A DNA stretch of 63,887 bases, filler included, from Chrysochromulina tobinii (Eukaryota), in NCBI GenBank assembly GCA_001275005.1. It is 7 parts of 7 records of this genome, joined end to end, with 100 filler letters (N's around TTAATTAATTAA, not from the genome) between each part and the next. Parts side by side here need not be neighbours in the genome. Positions count along the whole stretch, not along the records: positions 34,809 to 52,828 come from JWZX01001193.1; positions 52,929 to 58,655 come from JWZX01001198.1; 5 more parts are not named here. One strand, given 5' to 3'. Numbering within the stretch: position 1 is the stretch's first letter; the number at the start of each line of letters is the position of its first letter. Shown here piece after piece: positions 42,701 through 55,900 of this stretch. The notes under the pieces were generated by a model. The model saw only the letters and a program-made list of their open reading frames with translations, was not told the origin of the DNA and made no database searches. The position numbers were made by a program, and so were the translations under genes.

Positions 42701-45700
42701 GCGACACAAGATCAGCCTCGGCCTGAACGTATGCACGGTCCAAGACAAGCCAGCCAGGCAGCTCGGCCGGGACGTATGTAAGGGACGGCTCGAGCTCGCA
42801 GCTCAAGTGCAGCGCAAGGCACTCGCCGAGGCGGCACACGCTGCCGTCGGACGCCAGCAGCTGCGCGCGCGCATCGAGCAGACAGCGCGCCAGAGCATGG
42901 CTGCGCAATGACCGTGTGTGCGGCGCCAGCCGGCGTGCGAGGTGAAAGAGCAGAGGCAGCTCCGTCGGCGGCGTCTGGCCATTGGCAAGGGCGCTGATGA
43001 CGTGCGATCGTAGAAAGTCGTCAGACGAGAGCTGCAGCACGCCGAGCTGCACGAGAAGGCTGCTCGCATCGCGGCTGCTCGCGAGCTCGTGAGAGAACAC
43101 AGAGTCGACCAGCCGTACGCCCGAGAAGAGCGTGGAGAGCTGCTGCTCCTCCGCCGTCAGCTCCACCCCGCGACCCAGCTCGAAAATAGCACCCGCACTG
43201 TCTCCCGATGCAAGCTGTGCGCAGCCAATTGAGCCGCCTCTGAGCGGCAGAATGCGCAACCGTCGCAAAGCAGAGAGCGCCGACGGCCTGGCACTCTGAG
43301 GGTCGCGTCGGATCTCCTGCAGGGCCCAGACAAGCCACTTGGCGTCTACTTGCGACGCATCCTGCCACTGAGAGCTCGCCTCGGACAGCAGGGTCGTTAG
43401 GAGATTCGCATCGAGGCGTTTGAGCCCCAGCGCCGTCCCAAGCTCCTCCGGCATGTGCAAGCCTGACACCGCGTACTTGAGACCTACGCTCTGGATGAGA
43501 CGCTCTGTGGTTCGCGCCACGTGCTCATCGGCCACTGTGGTAGAGGCATCGGCGGCAGCCACCGAAGGCAGTACGGCCTCCCTCGGGCAACACATGCCGC
43601 CCTCTCGCGTCGGCACGCACTCACACGATCGTAGCAATCGGCAGCACTCCTCCGCCAAGGGTAAGAAGAACTCGGAAGCGTGGAGCGGAACTAGCTGGAA
43701 TAGTAGGTTGACGAGCTGCACCCGCTCAGAAATTTTGCCAGCGGCGACTGCGCGCGCGAGCAACTGCTCCGCAGCGTCTATAAAGAGTGTGGGTGTCTCG
43801 TCGCGTAGCCACTGGTTCCAAGCGGAGCTCGCGTCGATGCTCTCGCGCGAGGATGGCACTTCCCAGTCGGCCTGAAGCACGAAGGCGAAGCCGTATGAGC
43901 GCAGCGGCAGGAAGGCAAACACGTCCATAAACGGAAGCTTCGTCGGCGTGTCTGCAGATTCAGGCAGAGGGAATGCGATCGTAAGCTCGGTGGAGAGCAC
44001 AGTTGCGTTGCCTCGAGCAACCACAGGCGCGAGACAGCGCGTCACCACGAGAAATCGCTGGCGCGATGTTTGGTTGTGCTGCTGCTCTTCAAGGATGATC
44101 ACCTGCGTATCATCCTCATCGGAACGACGACGAAGACTGCGGGTAATGCCGCTACTGAGCGTGATATGAATCCATTCGAGCTGATGTAGGAACAGGAGCA
44201 GCACTGGTTGCATCCGCCCCATCGCAAGCTCAAAGTCGCGAATCGCGGCGTCCGCACCGGCGCTTGCAACGGGCAGAATGATGGCTGTGCCGCTGCTCTC
44301 GTCCCACCCAGCAGGTGGTGCGATGGGCTCTGGGCAGATGTAGCCCAGCCCACTGGTGTCGTTCGAGTCGAAGCGCAAATGGTAGCTGCGCGAGTGCACC
44401 TCCGGCGTTGACGAGATCTTGAAGACCGATTTCCACCCGATCCCTTTATTGCCAATGTAGCGTGGATCCGAGCCTGCCTTCGTCGACTGCCCGATGTTGC
44501 ACAACGAGAGGACATTCTTCTCGGTAAACCCGAGTTCGTTGTTATCGAATCTCACCCTGTCGGCGGCAACCGTGATGTGGAGAGCGGGCGTCGCGCCTTC
44601 GGCGTAACGGTTGTCATCGGCGTTTTGGATGAGCTCGAGGACGAAGTGCGCCGAGCCTGCGTACAATTCCTCCGCCAGCCTATGTATGGAGCGCTGGAAG
44701 CCTCCACGCACCTCCTGGAACGCGGAGCGTGTGCCCGCATCGAGGCTCTCGTCCGTGTCGATGCCGATGCCAAAGCGCTTCCGGATGTATGCACACAGCT
44801 CGCTGCACGAGCGCTCCGTGTCAGCTGAAATGCCATCTGCAGTGCTCGATGGGAGGAGGCTGTGCGATGCCCCCCCGCCGTGCATACCCGGGCTCTCATG
44901 AGCATCCGCTGTCGGAGGCTGCGTACGTTCTGGTTCATTACGGTCTGCTGAGCTCAGTGTCAGCTGCTGCGCCTGGTTCGCCCGTTCTGGCTCTGGCATG
45001 GCTGGCGCGGCGTTGCTACGTGCGTCGCCCTTGAGCGCCGGCTTGAGCGCCGACTCGAGGTCGCGTGTGCGACCCAGCTCTTGTGCCACGACGCGGAGAG
45101 CAGCCAGCTCTTCCTCACTGGCGACGCACGCCATCTGACGCCATGCTTCGGGCAGTACGCGCTCAAGCCCGTCCGAGAATACCGAAGAGAAAAGAGCGGG
45201 GCGCAGCGGCCACACGGCCCGCAGCGCAGCGGCACACTGCACAACAAGACGCGCGGAAGCACCGCCGGACAAGTCCTTTGCTGCTGCCGCCATGCAGCCA
45301 CGCATGAGCTCAATCGGCGCCAACTCAATCCCACCCGCCTTGATGCATAGGTGGGTTGCAAGGGCCACTGCTCGAGTTGCCTGCTGCCGCTTAAGAGCAT
45401 CCTCAAAGTGCGGTATAGCACCGACCTCAAGCTTGACAAACGATCCATGCGAGACCTCGATGATTGGAAGCTTCTCGCGGGCGAGGAATGACGCTAACGA
45501 TCCGAGACGTGCCAGGTACACCGTCTGCCATTGCATGCCGAGCGCAACGTCCGTAAGCGGGGGCAGGGCGTCAAAGAGTGTAAGAGCGTCTTCGCGGCTG
45601 GCGTGTACGCTCGAGGAGACGTCAAGCTTTGAGTTAGTGGCAGCGATGACGAGCGCACACGGAAGCCCGTCGGGCGCAACTGCCGAGTGCTGCTTGAGCC

Positions 45701-47800
45701 ACGAACGCAGATCGGAGACGTTGTGCCAGCCGAGGACAGACATGCTATCGACTCCAAAGTGGGTACGCATGGCGTACTCAAGGGCGCTGTCACGCACTCC
45801 TGGCAGCCTTGTCAGCATGGCCGACGCGAATTGCGCGGCCGACGCGCTGGGACCGCCGCTCACCGCACTGGCAGCCGCAAAGAGAAGAGGGTCGACGTCG
45901 GCACAATGCGTGCGGCAGAAGGCGGCCAGCGTGGGCTCGGCAAGGCGCAGCTCGTCGAAGAGATCGACGTCAAAGTCGTCGAGCAGTCGCTCCTCAGCCG
46001 CCGCCAAGCGCGCGCTGGGCGACTCGACGTATGCTAGGTCCTCGAGCAGGCTTTGCAGCGCACGGAGCACCCGCGTCGCCCATTGGCGGGCATCGCCTCT
46101 GCGTCCTCATCGTCTGAAGCAGGCGGTGCCAACTGGCCGATTCCCTCGTCTGCAAGCGTGTCATCCACGCGGTACGATGCATCGTTCTTCGTCGCACACT
46201 TGCTGGTACCCAACAGCGTATCCACGTCGCCTCGACGAAGGATCAGAATGCGATCGTTCTTCTGGCCGACCGTCAAGAGGTGCACCGTGTTGATTAGGTC
46301 TTCACTCGCCTCGATCCGCCGGTAAACTGTCTTGCGAAGTGTACTGTCCAAGTCGGGGAAAATGAGTGTCGAGCCCGCTGAGGGCGGCGCCAGGATCCAC
46401 GCGCGCAGTTGGTCCCAAAATTGGTCTTCTGATGGATGCGCTGTGGGATGCAGCGACACATCGGCGCATGCCACTGCCTCAAACGCTTCTTGCAGCGCGG
46501 CTTCGCTCGAGTCGACCATTTCTTGAGCCCTTGGGCCGTTCACCTTCTGTCCCTTCTTCAACTCGGACGCAAGCTGTCTTTCAAGCTTCTTTTCACTCCT
46601 GGCAGCAGCCATTTTCGCGCGGCTTACAGCAAACGTGATCCATGACTCTGCACGCAGGTAGACACCGAGCTGCCTGTGGCTTACGAAGCCGCGCTCGACC
46701 GCCAAAGCATCGAGCGCAACGGTCGGCGAGAAAGGCTCGTGGGCACTTGCGGCATTAGAAAAATTGACAGCCAGATACCGCACGACCTCCTCGCCTCTGA
46801 GGCTGCTGTCGGCCGTGCTTTTTGGACATACGCGCTGCCATTCCGGGTGCGTGTGCAGCGGCCCCAGCTTTAGATCATCGAACGATGTGCAGCCCTCAAA
46901 GTCTTTGCTCGTGGTCAAAATGAACTGCTCCAGATCAGCCAGAGTGAGCAGGACGTGGGTCGCGAGCGCAGCAGTGAGGAGCATGTTGACACTCGAGACC
47001 ATACGCTCGAGCGCCTTGAGCGCCTCTGCCACATCGCGCGGCAGGGTCGGGTACCGCGCCACGACCCGACGGCGTAGCTCGCCATAGTTCAGAAAGCGCT
47101 CGCGAATCAGCAAGCTGCGCACGCCCATCAGAAACTCCATGGGCCCTGCACTCCTTGCATCTGCCAAAGAGGCAGTGCCGCGGGCCTCATCGCGAGCCTC
47201 CAGGTGCGCCTTTAGGCTTGTGCACTCGTTTTGAGTCGCATCCAGCCTTCTCTGCAGGCTCGAACGATTGGTAGCGGGCTCGAGCACTGGCGCAGCTACC
47301 GTGGGCGGCGCAGTTGCGAATGGCAGTGAAAGCGGTCGCGGCGCTGGTGGCGGCGCTGGTGGCGGCGCTGGTGGCGGCGCTGGTGGCGGCGCTGGTGGCA
47401 GCGCTTGTGGCGGCGTTGCACGCGTTGGTGCACGCGTTGGTGCAGGCGGTCGTGCTGGCGATGGCGCAGGTGGCGGCACCGGCAAGAGAGTAGGTGACAG
47501 CACAGGCAGCGGCGGTGGCGCAAGAGATGGCTCCTTACTGGCTGAGTCTGAGCGTGCAGCATCCATGATGGGTGGCGCTGGTAGTGGTGCTTTGGACTTT
47601 TGGGTCTCCTTCATGTCCGCCGCCATCGGCTGTGGATGCTGGCCCGAAGGGAGGGGCGCCGCCGCTGCCTGATGGCTCATGCTGGCCGGAAGCGGCAACG
47701 GCGGCGGCTGCAATTGCTTCACTTGCTGCTGGTACTGTGATACCGCTGCTACCGCCACCGCAGCTGCGAGTTGTTGAGCTGCGAGTTGCTGTGCCGCTTG

Positions 47801-47837
<37 letters not shown>

Positions 47838-49504
47838 GGCGGCGGCGGCTGTTGCGGCTGCTGCGGCTGCCGCGGCTGCTGCTGCGGCTGCCGCGGCTGC
47901 TGCTGCGTCAGCGGAAGCGATTGTCGTTGCGGTGGCAGCCGCTGCGGTGGCAGCCGCTGCGGCGGCGCCGGGAGATCTGCTGTGCCGCTGCTCTCAGCTG
48001 TCGCTGTAGGAAATGGAGTTCGTGCTAGCAGCGACGGTTGAAGTTGGTCGCATCCGTTGCGCTCCTGCACAAGCTTGTCAGTGCGGATCGTCATAGCAGC
48101 GAGTTGATTGGCAGCAGCCATGTCTTTCCCAACGGCATGGACAAAGAGAAGTCTCGGGCCGTTGGGCATAGGCCGCATCTCAAGTTTGCAAACGCCTAAG
48201 CCCTCATAGAGTTTGAGGAAGTCCTGCAGCTTGCCCTTGCCGAGATCGAGCTCAAACCCATGATGCTCTCGAAAGTACTGTTTGAAAGCGGTCCCGGGAA
48301 TGCAGGACCCTCGTGCAGCCAGAAGCTCGCTCACGTATTTGGCCATAGGCGGACTCGGAGTCTCACGCGGGGGCGGGGGCGGGGGCGGAGTGGACGGAGA
48401 TGCTGCCGGCGCTGGCGCTGCAGTAGAGGCCGCCACCGCGCCGAGGACGTCGTCGACGACCGTGCCGCCGGCGACAGGAGGAACGAGCCTGCCAGAGCCT
48501 TCGCCAGAGGCCGTCAGAGTGAGCTCGACGTCGCCCACGGCATTCCGTAGCAACGCCGTCGCCTCCGTGTGCGTGTGCACGCGCTGGCCGTTGACGGCGA
48601 CGAGCAACTGGTTGATCGTGATGCGCCCCGAGTCCGCGGCGAGGCAGCCGGGCGCAAGCGCCGTGATGATCGGCGCTGGGGGTCCACGCGGCGCGTGCAT
48701 CTCATCATTGTTGATGAGAGTGATGCCCAGCCGCGCGGACGCATCGGGCTTGTGCAGCGTCACCCGATACGCACCTGCCGCCGCCCCTGCCAAGCCCTCG
48801 TGGACCGATTCTGGCGGTGCCGGTGGTGCTGGCGGAGGAGGCAGAGACGACGGAGACGGCGGCGGGGAACGAGCTCGGAGGGGACCGGAGTTCACACGGG
48901 CGACGGCGATTGGCTCGGCAGCACGAGGGGGTGCAGGTGAAAGAGCTTGTGCCTGCTTTGCCCGAAGACTCCCGAAAACTTCTTCCTCGGCCGCCGCTGC
49001 TCTGCGCAAGACTCGTATTCGGATGACGCCCGTCAGCTGCACGAACCGCTTGGCAGTCTGGGTGTGGCCGGCGGCGTCCCAGCCGTTCACCAAGAGCACC
49101 TGATCGCCCAAAAGAAGCTTACCATGTGCAAGCGCACCGCTCGCGACCTCGTCGATGTATGGGTGCCCATCGCCCGAGAGTAGGATGCCAAGCGATGAGT
49201 CCTTGTGTGGCTTCTCGAGAACGATCTCCACCTCCGAGACGCTCGCGATCTCGTGCGCCGGAGCCAAGGGACGGACTGACCAGACTAGTGGCTGCTCGTT
49301 TGGTTGCGGTCTGAAGAGCTGGAACGCGGACGGGTGCTGCTCGAGCCAGCGCTTGGCCCCACCCGCTGTCTTCATGAGGGCACGAGCATTCGGGTTGGCG
49401 GAGTGAACCGTGGCAACCAACGTTGTGATCTCCATATCGGGCCCGTTGCGATGCAAGATGCTGGATATCATTGCGACAAGCTCGTCAATCGCCATGTTTG
49501 CCAT
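39732..49504 (-). CDS. Giant NO VEIN/sacsin-like GHKL ATPase protein with N-terminal LOTUS-like, 2x PDZ and R3H-like domains and C-terminal DUF3883; frame break at about 46096
   Basis: GHKL motifs HFVLELIQNADD and IGNKGIGWKSVF. NOV-type motif TLADLE...FDDLKLGPLHTHP. DUF3883 motifs GRWGE..V...WVNEEEERGLPYDI...YVEVKAT. Two PDZ motifs (KPHKDSSLGI, KPDASARLGI). Confidence 0.85.
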
Positions 49505-49832
49505 CGTTGTGTCGCGGCCTCACACTTCCGCACGAAAACACAAAAAAGGAAAGTTCCGCCCGCCCGCCCGCCCGCCCCCCCAAGGCTATGAACCTAGCAT
49601 TCACTTCCCGCTCAAGGACGAGCGCTCGCGGCAGGCAGGCAGGCTTCCTGCACTGCGTGACGAAACACAAAAGTGCAACCTTGTTGAATGAGTGTTGAAT
49701 GAAGAAGGGCATCATAGCTTGGATCATAGTGAATGCTAAGTGAATGCCGATTAGTTTATATAATCGCAACCCAGGTACTCCGAGTACATTTCTTTTCTTT
49801 AACGCAGCCGTGCTTGATTCATAATAGAACGG

Positions 49833-52160
49833 TCACTTGTGCGTGTACGTGTAGAGCCACCGGCTCTCCTCGTCGGAGGGATCCTTGAGGTCTCCTTCAT
49901 ACTCGCCGAGCGAGAGCGGCGTCACCTCGAAGCGCTCGTTCGCGGCGTCAAAGTAAGCCACGTCATCAAAGAACTCGCCGCGGAATTCGTACGCAAGCAT
50001 GCACACGCCGCCTGGCGAGAGCATCAGCCGCTGCTGCGTCGCGGCGAGCGCGATCAGCACCTCCTCGACTTGCTTGTAGATGACGTCGCAGGCTACCACC
50101 ACGTCGTAGCCGCGGCCGCCGTTGGCAGCGAGGAGGGCCGCAATGTGGCTTTCGTCGCCCCACCTGCACGGAAGCACGCACGTGCGCCCAAGGCCGTCAC
50201 CCCGACCCTCGCATCCGGCGGCATCGCCGTCGGGCTTACCGAGCAGAGGGGCATTGCGCGTGCGGTTGACCTCCACCAACGACAGCGCCTCGGGCACATC
50301 AGTCAGCGCCACGAACGCCGCACCGAGCGCCGCACACGCGAGGCCCACGGCGCCTGCGCCTGCGCCCAGCTCCAGGACAGTCTTGCCGGCAAAGAGGTGC
50401 GGGTGCGCCGCAAGGTAGCGCGCGAAAACGGATGCTAACGGCCAGAGTCGCCGGTACGTGCCGTCGACGACCCCCGGTACGCACCGCTTTGGACCATCAA
50501 GCTGTTGCTCGACGACAAGCACCCGTTTCTCGCCAGCTTCTGTGAGCCCGAGGGGCACCTCTATCAACCTCACCTGGTCGAACGCGTAGACGCCGAGAGC
50601 GGGGCGCCCGATGGCGGGAAGCGGCGGTAGCGGTGCGGTGGGCACGATGAGCTGTGTACGCAGCTCTTCGAGAGGCAGCTCGACCTGTGCACGCGTCCGT
50701 AGTGCTGCCGCTGCTCCTGCCGCTGCTCCTGGTGCTGGTGCTGGTGCTAGTGCTGGTGCTAGTGCTGGTGCTGGTGCTGGTGCTGATCCTGGTGCTGATG
50801 CTGGTGCTGGTGCTGATGCTGATGCTGGTGCTGCGGTGGGCGTGGCAGCCGTCAAAGGTGCGGCGCTCTCGGGTGGTGATGGCTGCGGCGGCGGGCTTAG
50901 GCTCGAGGCAGGCTCGCCGCCGCCACCTCCTCCGCCGCCTCCTCCTCCACCACCTCCACCGCCGCTGCCGCCGGGCGTTGCCACCTTCTCGAGAAGATTC
51001 GCCAGGACGTCGTACTGAGCGTCTCTCTCGGCGTCGGTGCTCGCCGCTGCTATGATAGCGAGCTGCCGCATCATGCCTGACATCGCCGCCATCTCCTCCG
51101 AGATCACGTCCGAGATCTCCTCCGAGATCACGTCCGCAGCGACGGGAGAGGCGGCCGTCGCTGATTGTGTCCCCACTGCCGCGGCCGACGCCACTGCAGC
51201 GTGATCCAATCTCCTCAGTGCCGACGCCGTTCCCGGGACGCCCACCGCCCTCGGAGATCCGATCTCGCCCACCGCCCTCGGAGATCCGATCTCGCCCACC
51301 GCCCTCGGAGATCCGATCTCGCCCACCGCCCTCGGAGATCCGATCTCGCCCACCGCCCTCGCGGCTCTCGCCGCCCGCGCGCCATCGGCATCCGGCCACG
51401 TCACGGCAAAGAAGCGGGTCGCGTCGTTGTGCCGCGCGCGCTCTGCCGCCTCCGCCGCCGGCAGCGGACGCAGCGATGGAGCGAGTTCCGTCGTGTCCAA
51501 GCCGACGCGACGGAGCGCCGTGAGGAAGAGGGCCATCAGGCGCTGCGAGCGTGCACCCGATGCGACAAGCGCGACTCCCGAGGGAGCAAGCGAGGCGCTG
51601 ATGACGTCGGCTAGCGCGAGGAGAAGGGCTTCACTCTCGTCCACGCAGTCGGCGCACAGCACGAGGTCAAAGCCGCGCGCGTCCGCCGTCAGCGAGCGCA
51701 CCTCCTCCTCACTCGTCCAGTCGAGGGGCCGCGCCTCGAGCGTGCTGGCGAGTGCGTGCTTGTTGGCGTCGCTCAAGCCTGGCGTCTGACCATACTCGCG
51801 AAGGTTCGCCAGCACGAGCGGGATGAGTTTCGCCACGTCGGTGGCTACTACCGACGCCGCACCCTTGATCGCCGAGATCGTCGCCGGTAGGGCGGCGCAG
51901 CCGCATCCGAGTTCGAGCACCCGCTTAGAAGCCACAAGGCGCTCGAGGTCGCTCGAATCCAGAAGGGCCTGCGCGAGCGCAGTGCCTGACTGCCATTGGA
52001 CGGCGCCAGTGCCCAGACCAGCCCCAGTGCGGAGCTCTTGTTTGGCCTGTAGCTTGCTGCCATCCGGGAGCTCAAATGTGCACACGTCTGCTGAATGAGC
52101 ATCGGTGGCAAAGTGTAGATGGTCCTCGGGCAGGCCAAGTTCGGAAAAGTCGATCATCAT
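49833..52160 (-). CDS. Tandem double METTL21-like (Methyltransf_16) SAM-dependent protein methyltransferase
   Basis: Two full motif sets: GAVQW/KRVLELGCG/VVATD/LDW/FDLVLCADC and RRLW/KTVLELGAGAG/VALTD/CRWG/YDVVVACDVIY. Confidence 0.88.
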   Translation of the reverse strand: MMIDFSELGLPEDHLHFATDAHSADVCTFELPDGSKLQAKQELRTGAGLGTGAVQWQSGTALAQALLDSSDLERLVASKRVLELGCGCAALPATISAIKGAASVVATDVAKLIPLVLANLREYGQTPGLSDANKHALASTLEARPLDWTSEEEVRSLTADARGFDLVLCADCVDESEALLLALADVISASLAPSGVALVASGARSQRLMALFLTALRRVGLDTTELAPSLRPLPAAEAAERARHNDATRFFAVTWPDADGARAARAARAVGEIGSPRAVGEIGSPRAVGEIGSPRAVGEIGSPRAVGVPGTASALRRLDHAAVASAAAVGTQSATAASPVAADVISEEISDVISEEMAAMSGMMRQLAIIAAASTDAERDAQYDVLANLLEKVATPGGSGGGGGGGGGGGGGGGGEPASSLSPPPQPSPPESAAPLTAATPTAAPASASAPAPASAPGSAPAPAPALAPALAPAPAPGAAAGAAAALRTRAQVELPLEELRTQLIVPTAPLPPLPAIGRPALGVYAFDQVRLIEVPLGLTEAGEKRVLVVEQQLDGPKRCVPGVVDGTYRRLWPLASVFARYLAAHPHLFAGKTVLELGAGAGAVGLACAALGAAFVALTDVPEALSLVEVNRTRNAPLLGKPDGDAAGCEGRGDGLGRTCVLPCRWGDESHIAALLAANGGRGYDVVVACDVIYKQVEEVLIALAATQQRLMLSPGGVCMLAYEFRGEFFDDVAYFDAANERFEVTPLSLGEYEGDLKDPSDEESRWLYTYTHK
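51239..51361. repeat. 27-bp in-frame minisatellite, about 4.5 copies (RAVGEIGSP)
   Basis: Perfect CGCCCACCGCCCTCGGAGATCCGATCT units in the linker between the two methyltransferase domains. Confidence 0.9.
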
Positions 52161-52828
52161 GTCAGCTTTCTCCTGTCACGGATTTCGCAATCGGAAGAGC
52201 CACGCAACCGTACACATGTGATACAAGACGACCTGTGAAATCATTCATTTCACACGCACACATTCGAACGAAATTTCACACCACCTCCGCGCACGTCAAC
52301 AAACACCAACACGTTCACTGACACAAGGACAACTCATTGTCTTCGAACGAATTCAATTCTCCCCGCGCATACGCCCACATCACCCGCGATGTGAGGTGAA
52401 CCCCAATTCCCCTTTGCGACTTGTAGTCGTGCGTTCAACTGGACCTTTGGCCAGTGTGTGGTGGTATATCAGATCTCACCCTGGGGGATTTCTCCGTAAA
52501 AGTGTGAGATTGAGTCGTACGAAGTTCGGCTACGCACACGATCGTTTCGATACAGTGTAGTGTTCATATTTTGAAGCATGAACACCGTCGGAAGTTGCGT
52601 TCGGAAGAATATATTGTAGAATCTGTGAAACCAAGTGAAAGACTGGGTGAAGTCCAGGGAAGTCGAACTTTCGGACGCGTGTCAGCACATACTCCGAGGG
52701 CAGTTACAGTGCCGTAGCGAGACGGTGTTGAGAGAGGGCGTTCAGGGGGTGATTGGTTTTCAGTGTGACGACGGGCGTGTTTTCGTGTTCACAAGTAAGA
52801 AGAGCTATCTACTCTAACTGCACTAACG

Positions 52829-52928
52829 NNNNNNNNNNNNNNNNNNNNNNNNNNNNNNNNNNNNNNNNNNNNTTAATTAATTAANNNNNNNNNNNNNNNN
52901 NNNNNNNNNNNNNNNNNNNNNNNNNNNN
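52829..52928. other. Artificial contig spacer
   Basis: N44-TTAATTAATTAA-N44. Confidence 0.98.
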
Positions 52929-55900
52929 GAGCTGGCCACCCTCTCTCTCTTTGCTCTCCACTGCCTCTTCCTCATCGCTGCCCGCTCCCCTCTCTCTCTC
53001 AGCTCCCTCTCCGCTCTCTCTCGTGTTTCCGCCCTCTATTCTCTCCCCATGCTCCATGATGCTGCTTCCCCCTTCGTCTCTCGAGCGTCCCTCATCATGC
53101 TGTACCGGAACACTGAGTACACCTCCGTCGCTGCTTGCTGCCATGTGCCCCGCATGCTCCGCGTCCGCCGACACATCATGCACATCATGTACTGGACCAC
53201 GTGACGCGCTCATCGCAGCCACCGGCTGCTGATGCTGCTCGCTCGTCTCGCTCGCGCGCTCGCTCGCTGGCGTGGCCTCCTCGGCCGTAGGTGCCTGTGC
53301 CTCTGCGGTCGTCCCTTCGGCTGCTTGCCCGTCGATGACGGGCTCGATGCCAAAGTCTAGACATGCGATCGTCGCCGTAAGACCCCCGATCTCCTCAGCG
53401 CTGAAGCGCTGGAACCCCGACCGCCGTTCTCGTTGCCGTTCTCGTTGCGGTGCCGGCGGTGCCGGCGGAGAGGACGTAGGAGGCGGAGCCGGTGATACCG
53501 CGTCCTGTTCCTGTGCGGCGCGAGTCGATTGTGCCGGTGCCGGCGAGGCCTGCGCAGACAAGGCCCCAAGACTCCCGAGCGGGGAGATGCTCATCGCCCT
53601 CTCGCTGCCGCTGCGCACGGCGTCATCCTTCGCCTCTTTGTGCACGTCGCCCTCCTCCTCCTCTGGTGCCTCCGGCGTCCCATCGGCAGTTGATCGCTCA
53701 GTGCCGAAGTCAAGGTGTGCAACTGTTTCTGCGAGTGCCCTGATATCCTCGGCAGAGAGCCGCTGCGACTGTCGTGCCTCGCGCTGCAGTGCCGGTGGCA
53801 TCAGCGGAGAGGACGGGGTGGGCGAGGTCGGTGGCTGCGCCGCGTCCTGTCGAGCGCACCCTCCCCTTGACGCAGCGTCCTGTTCCTGGGCGGCGATATT
53901 CGAGTGCGCCGAGGCCGGCGATGCCCGTGAAGAGGAGGCCACCGAGCTTCCACGCGGTGTAATACTCATCGCCCCTTCGCTGCCGCCGGCTGCTGCGTCT
54001 CCATCCTTGGAAGCCTGCGGAGAAGAGGCCGCTGAGCTTCCATGCGGCGTGATGCTCATCGCCTTCTCGTCGTCTTCGACCGCCGCGTCCCTGTGCTCTT
54101 CGGAGCGAGATTCATGCTCCTCCGCCTCACTCATGAGCTTAGCCATCGCGTCCCACCAGCAGCCGTCCTCAGTGAACGACGCTGCCAGCCGATCTTCGAT
54201 GCCCGTGGCTTCCTTTGCCCAAGGCATTCTCCCGACAGCGCTCGCATCGCGCATATAGGTGAGCGCCCGTGCGCGCCCCCCGTCGAGCAGCACAGCCGCC
54301 TCCTCCTCGCTCGGCTCGTGCAGATTTTGAAACCCTCTGCTCAAACGCCGTTCCGCGATCACCCCGAGCTCGCGTTCGTGCTCCGGCTTGGAATGTTTGC
54401 AGCGTTGCAGCATCGACTGTCTCTCCTGCTCGCGCTTGCTGCTGTCGCGCTCCATGATCCGCTGCTCGCGCTGATCGCCCTTGTCGTTTCTGATGCTTTG
54501 GGTCTCGCCCGAAATCTCGTACACGAAGCGACCCGCATCCAGCGTGAGCCGTCGGGCGTCAAACTCCTCCTTGGTCATGGTCTCGCTCGGCCGTCCGTCG
54601 GCAAAAAGGTACGTGCCCGTGAGGTACTCGAGCGAGAGCTTGATGTCGTCGATTCTGGCCACGGCCTGGTAGTCGGCGCCAAATGATGCGCGAAGGGCCG
54701 TGGCGCCGCTGGTCAGCCTCATGAGCCAGATCTCGTACTCGCGCTTGAGGTGATCGATGAGGAGCGTGTTCAGCGCCACCGTCCTGTGCACGTAATAGCG
54801 ACGCGCCAGCTTTCTCGCCTTGCTTGTCCGCTCGTGCTCGTCTCCGATTCCGTCGCCATCCTCTCTGTCCTTCTCCTCCTCCTCCTCGTCGCCCGCGCCT
54901 CCCTTGTCGCGGTCGCGTCCTGAGGCGACCCAGTCGCTCGCCGTGGCCGCGATTATGCTGTCGGGCGGTGCGGAGAGCATTCCGCTCAGCGCGCGGGCAG
55001 CCTGATATCGACGGTATCTGCCCAGCTCCCCCGGTAGCCTCTCGAACCAGAGCGAGACGCGCGCCCAAGTGAGCTCCCAGAGGTAGTCCGCATCGCCCGC
55101 CTCCATTGACCCCACGTCCGGCAAGTTGAGGATGAGAATCTGCTGCTCGAGGATCTTGTCAATCGCCTCCTTGAGCTCGATGGAGGCGCCGACTCTGCAC
55201 TCCAGGAAATGGAATACATCGCAGCGCACCTCGTCGCCGCATGCGAGACACTTTGATATGCGCAGCGCCTCGCCGGCCGCCGCGTGCTTGTCCTCGATGT
55301 CGCGGCACGAGAGCTCCGCGATAGCCGCTTGATCGAAGTTCCGCAGGACCTGGCGCATGCCTGTGCGAGTAAGCTGGGTTGAGTTGCCGAAGCCGCCTCC
55401 CGCTTGAACGGCGAGCGCCTGGACAATCGGCCGGTCGAAGGCCTGATGACCAGCAGCTGGGTCGTGCCCAGTCCTGTCGTAGTCAAAGATGGGCATCGCG
55501 TACTTACGTCCCTCGAGCAGCTCGGGACCGACCATCTGCAGGTGCGTCAGATCCTGCGTGAGCACCTGTAACAGACCCTGTCGGGGACAGGTAGTGACGT
55601 CGAGCGCGTGCGCGCACGCCTGCGGCACCAGATTCTGGAGCAGCGTGCTGCCGCCCCAGGCGGCTGTGTACACGCGTACCTGCTTCTCGATGAGCTTGCG
55701 CCGCAGCGCCTGATCCACGTGCGCTCGCACCTTGAGCGACACGCGCCCATCCAGCTCTCCCGCACTCCATATCTCCGGCGTCAGCGCCTGCCATGTGCGC
55801 CCCGCCCCCGTCTTGCAGGTGATTGTTGCGAGCGCCCTTGTGACACGCAGTCTTGGTTCGATCGCGCAGTCGAGCTGCAACGCAGCTACTGCGACCGCAT

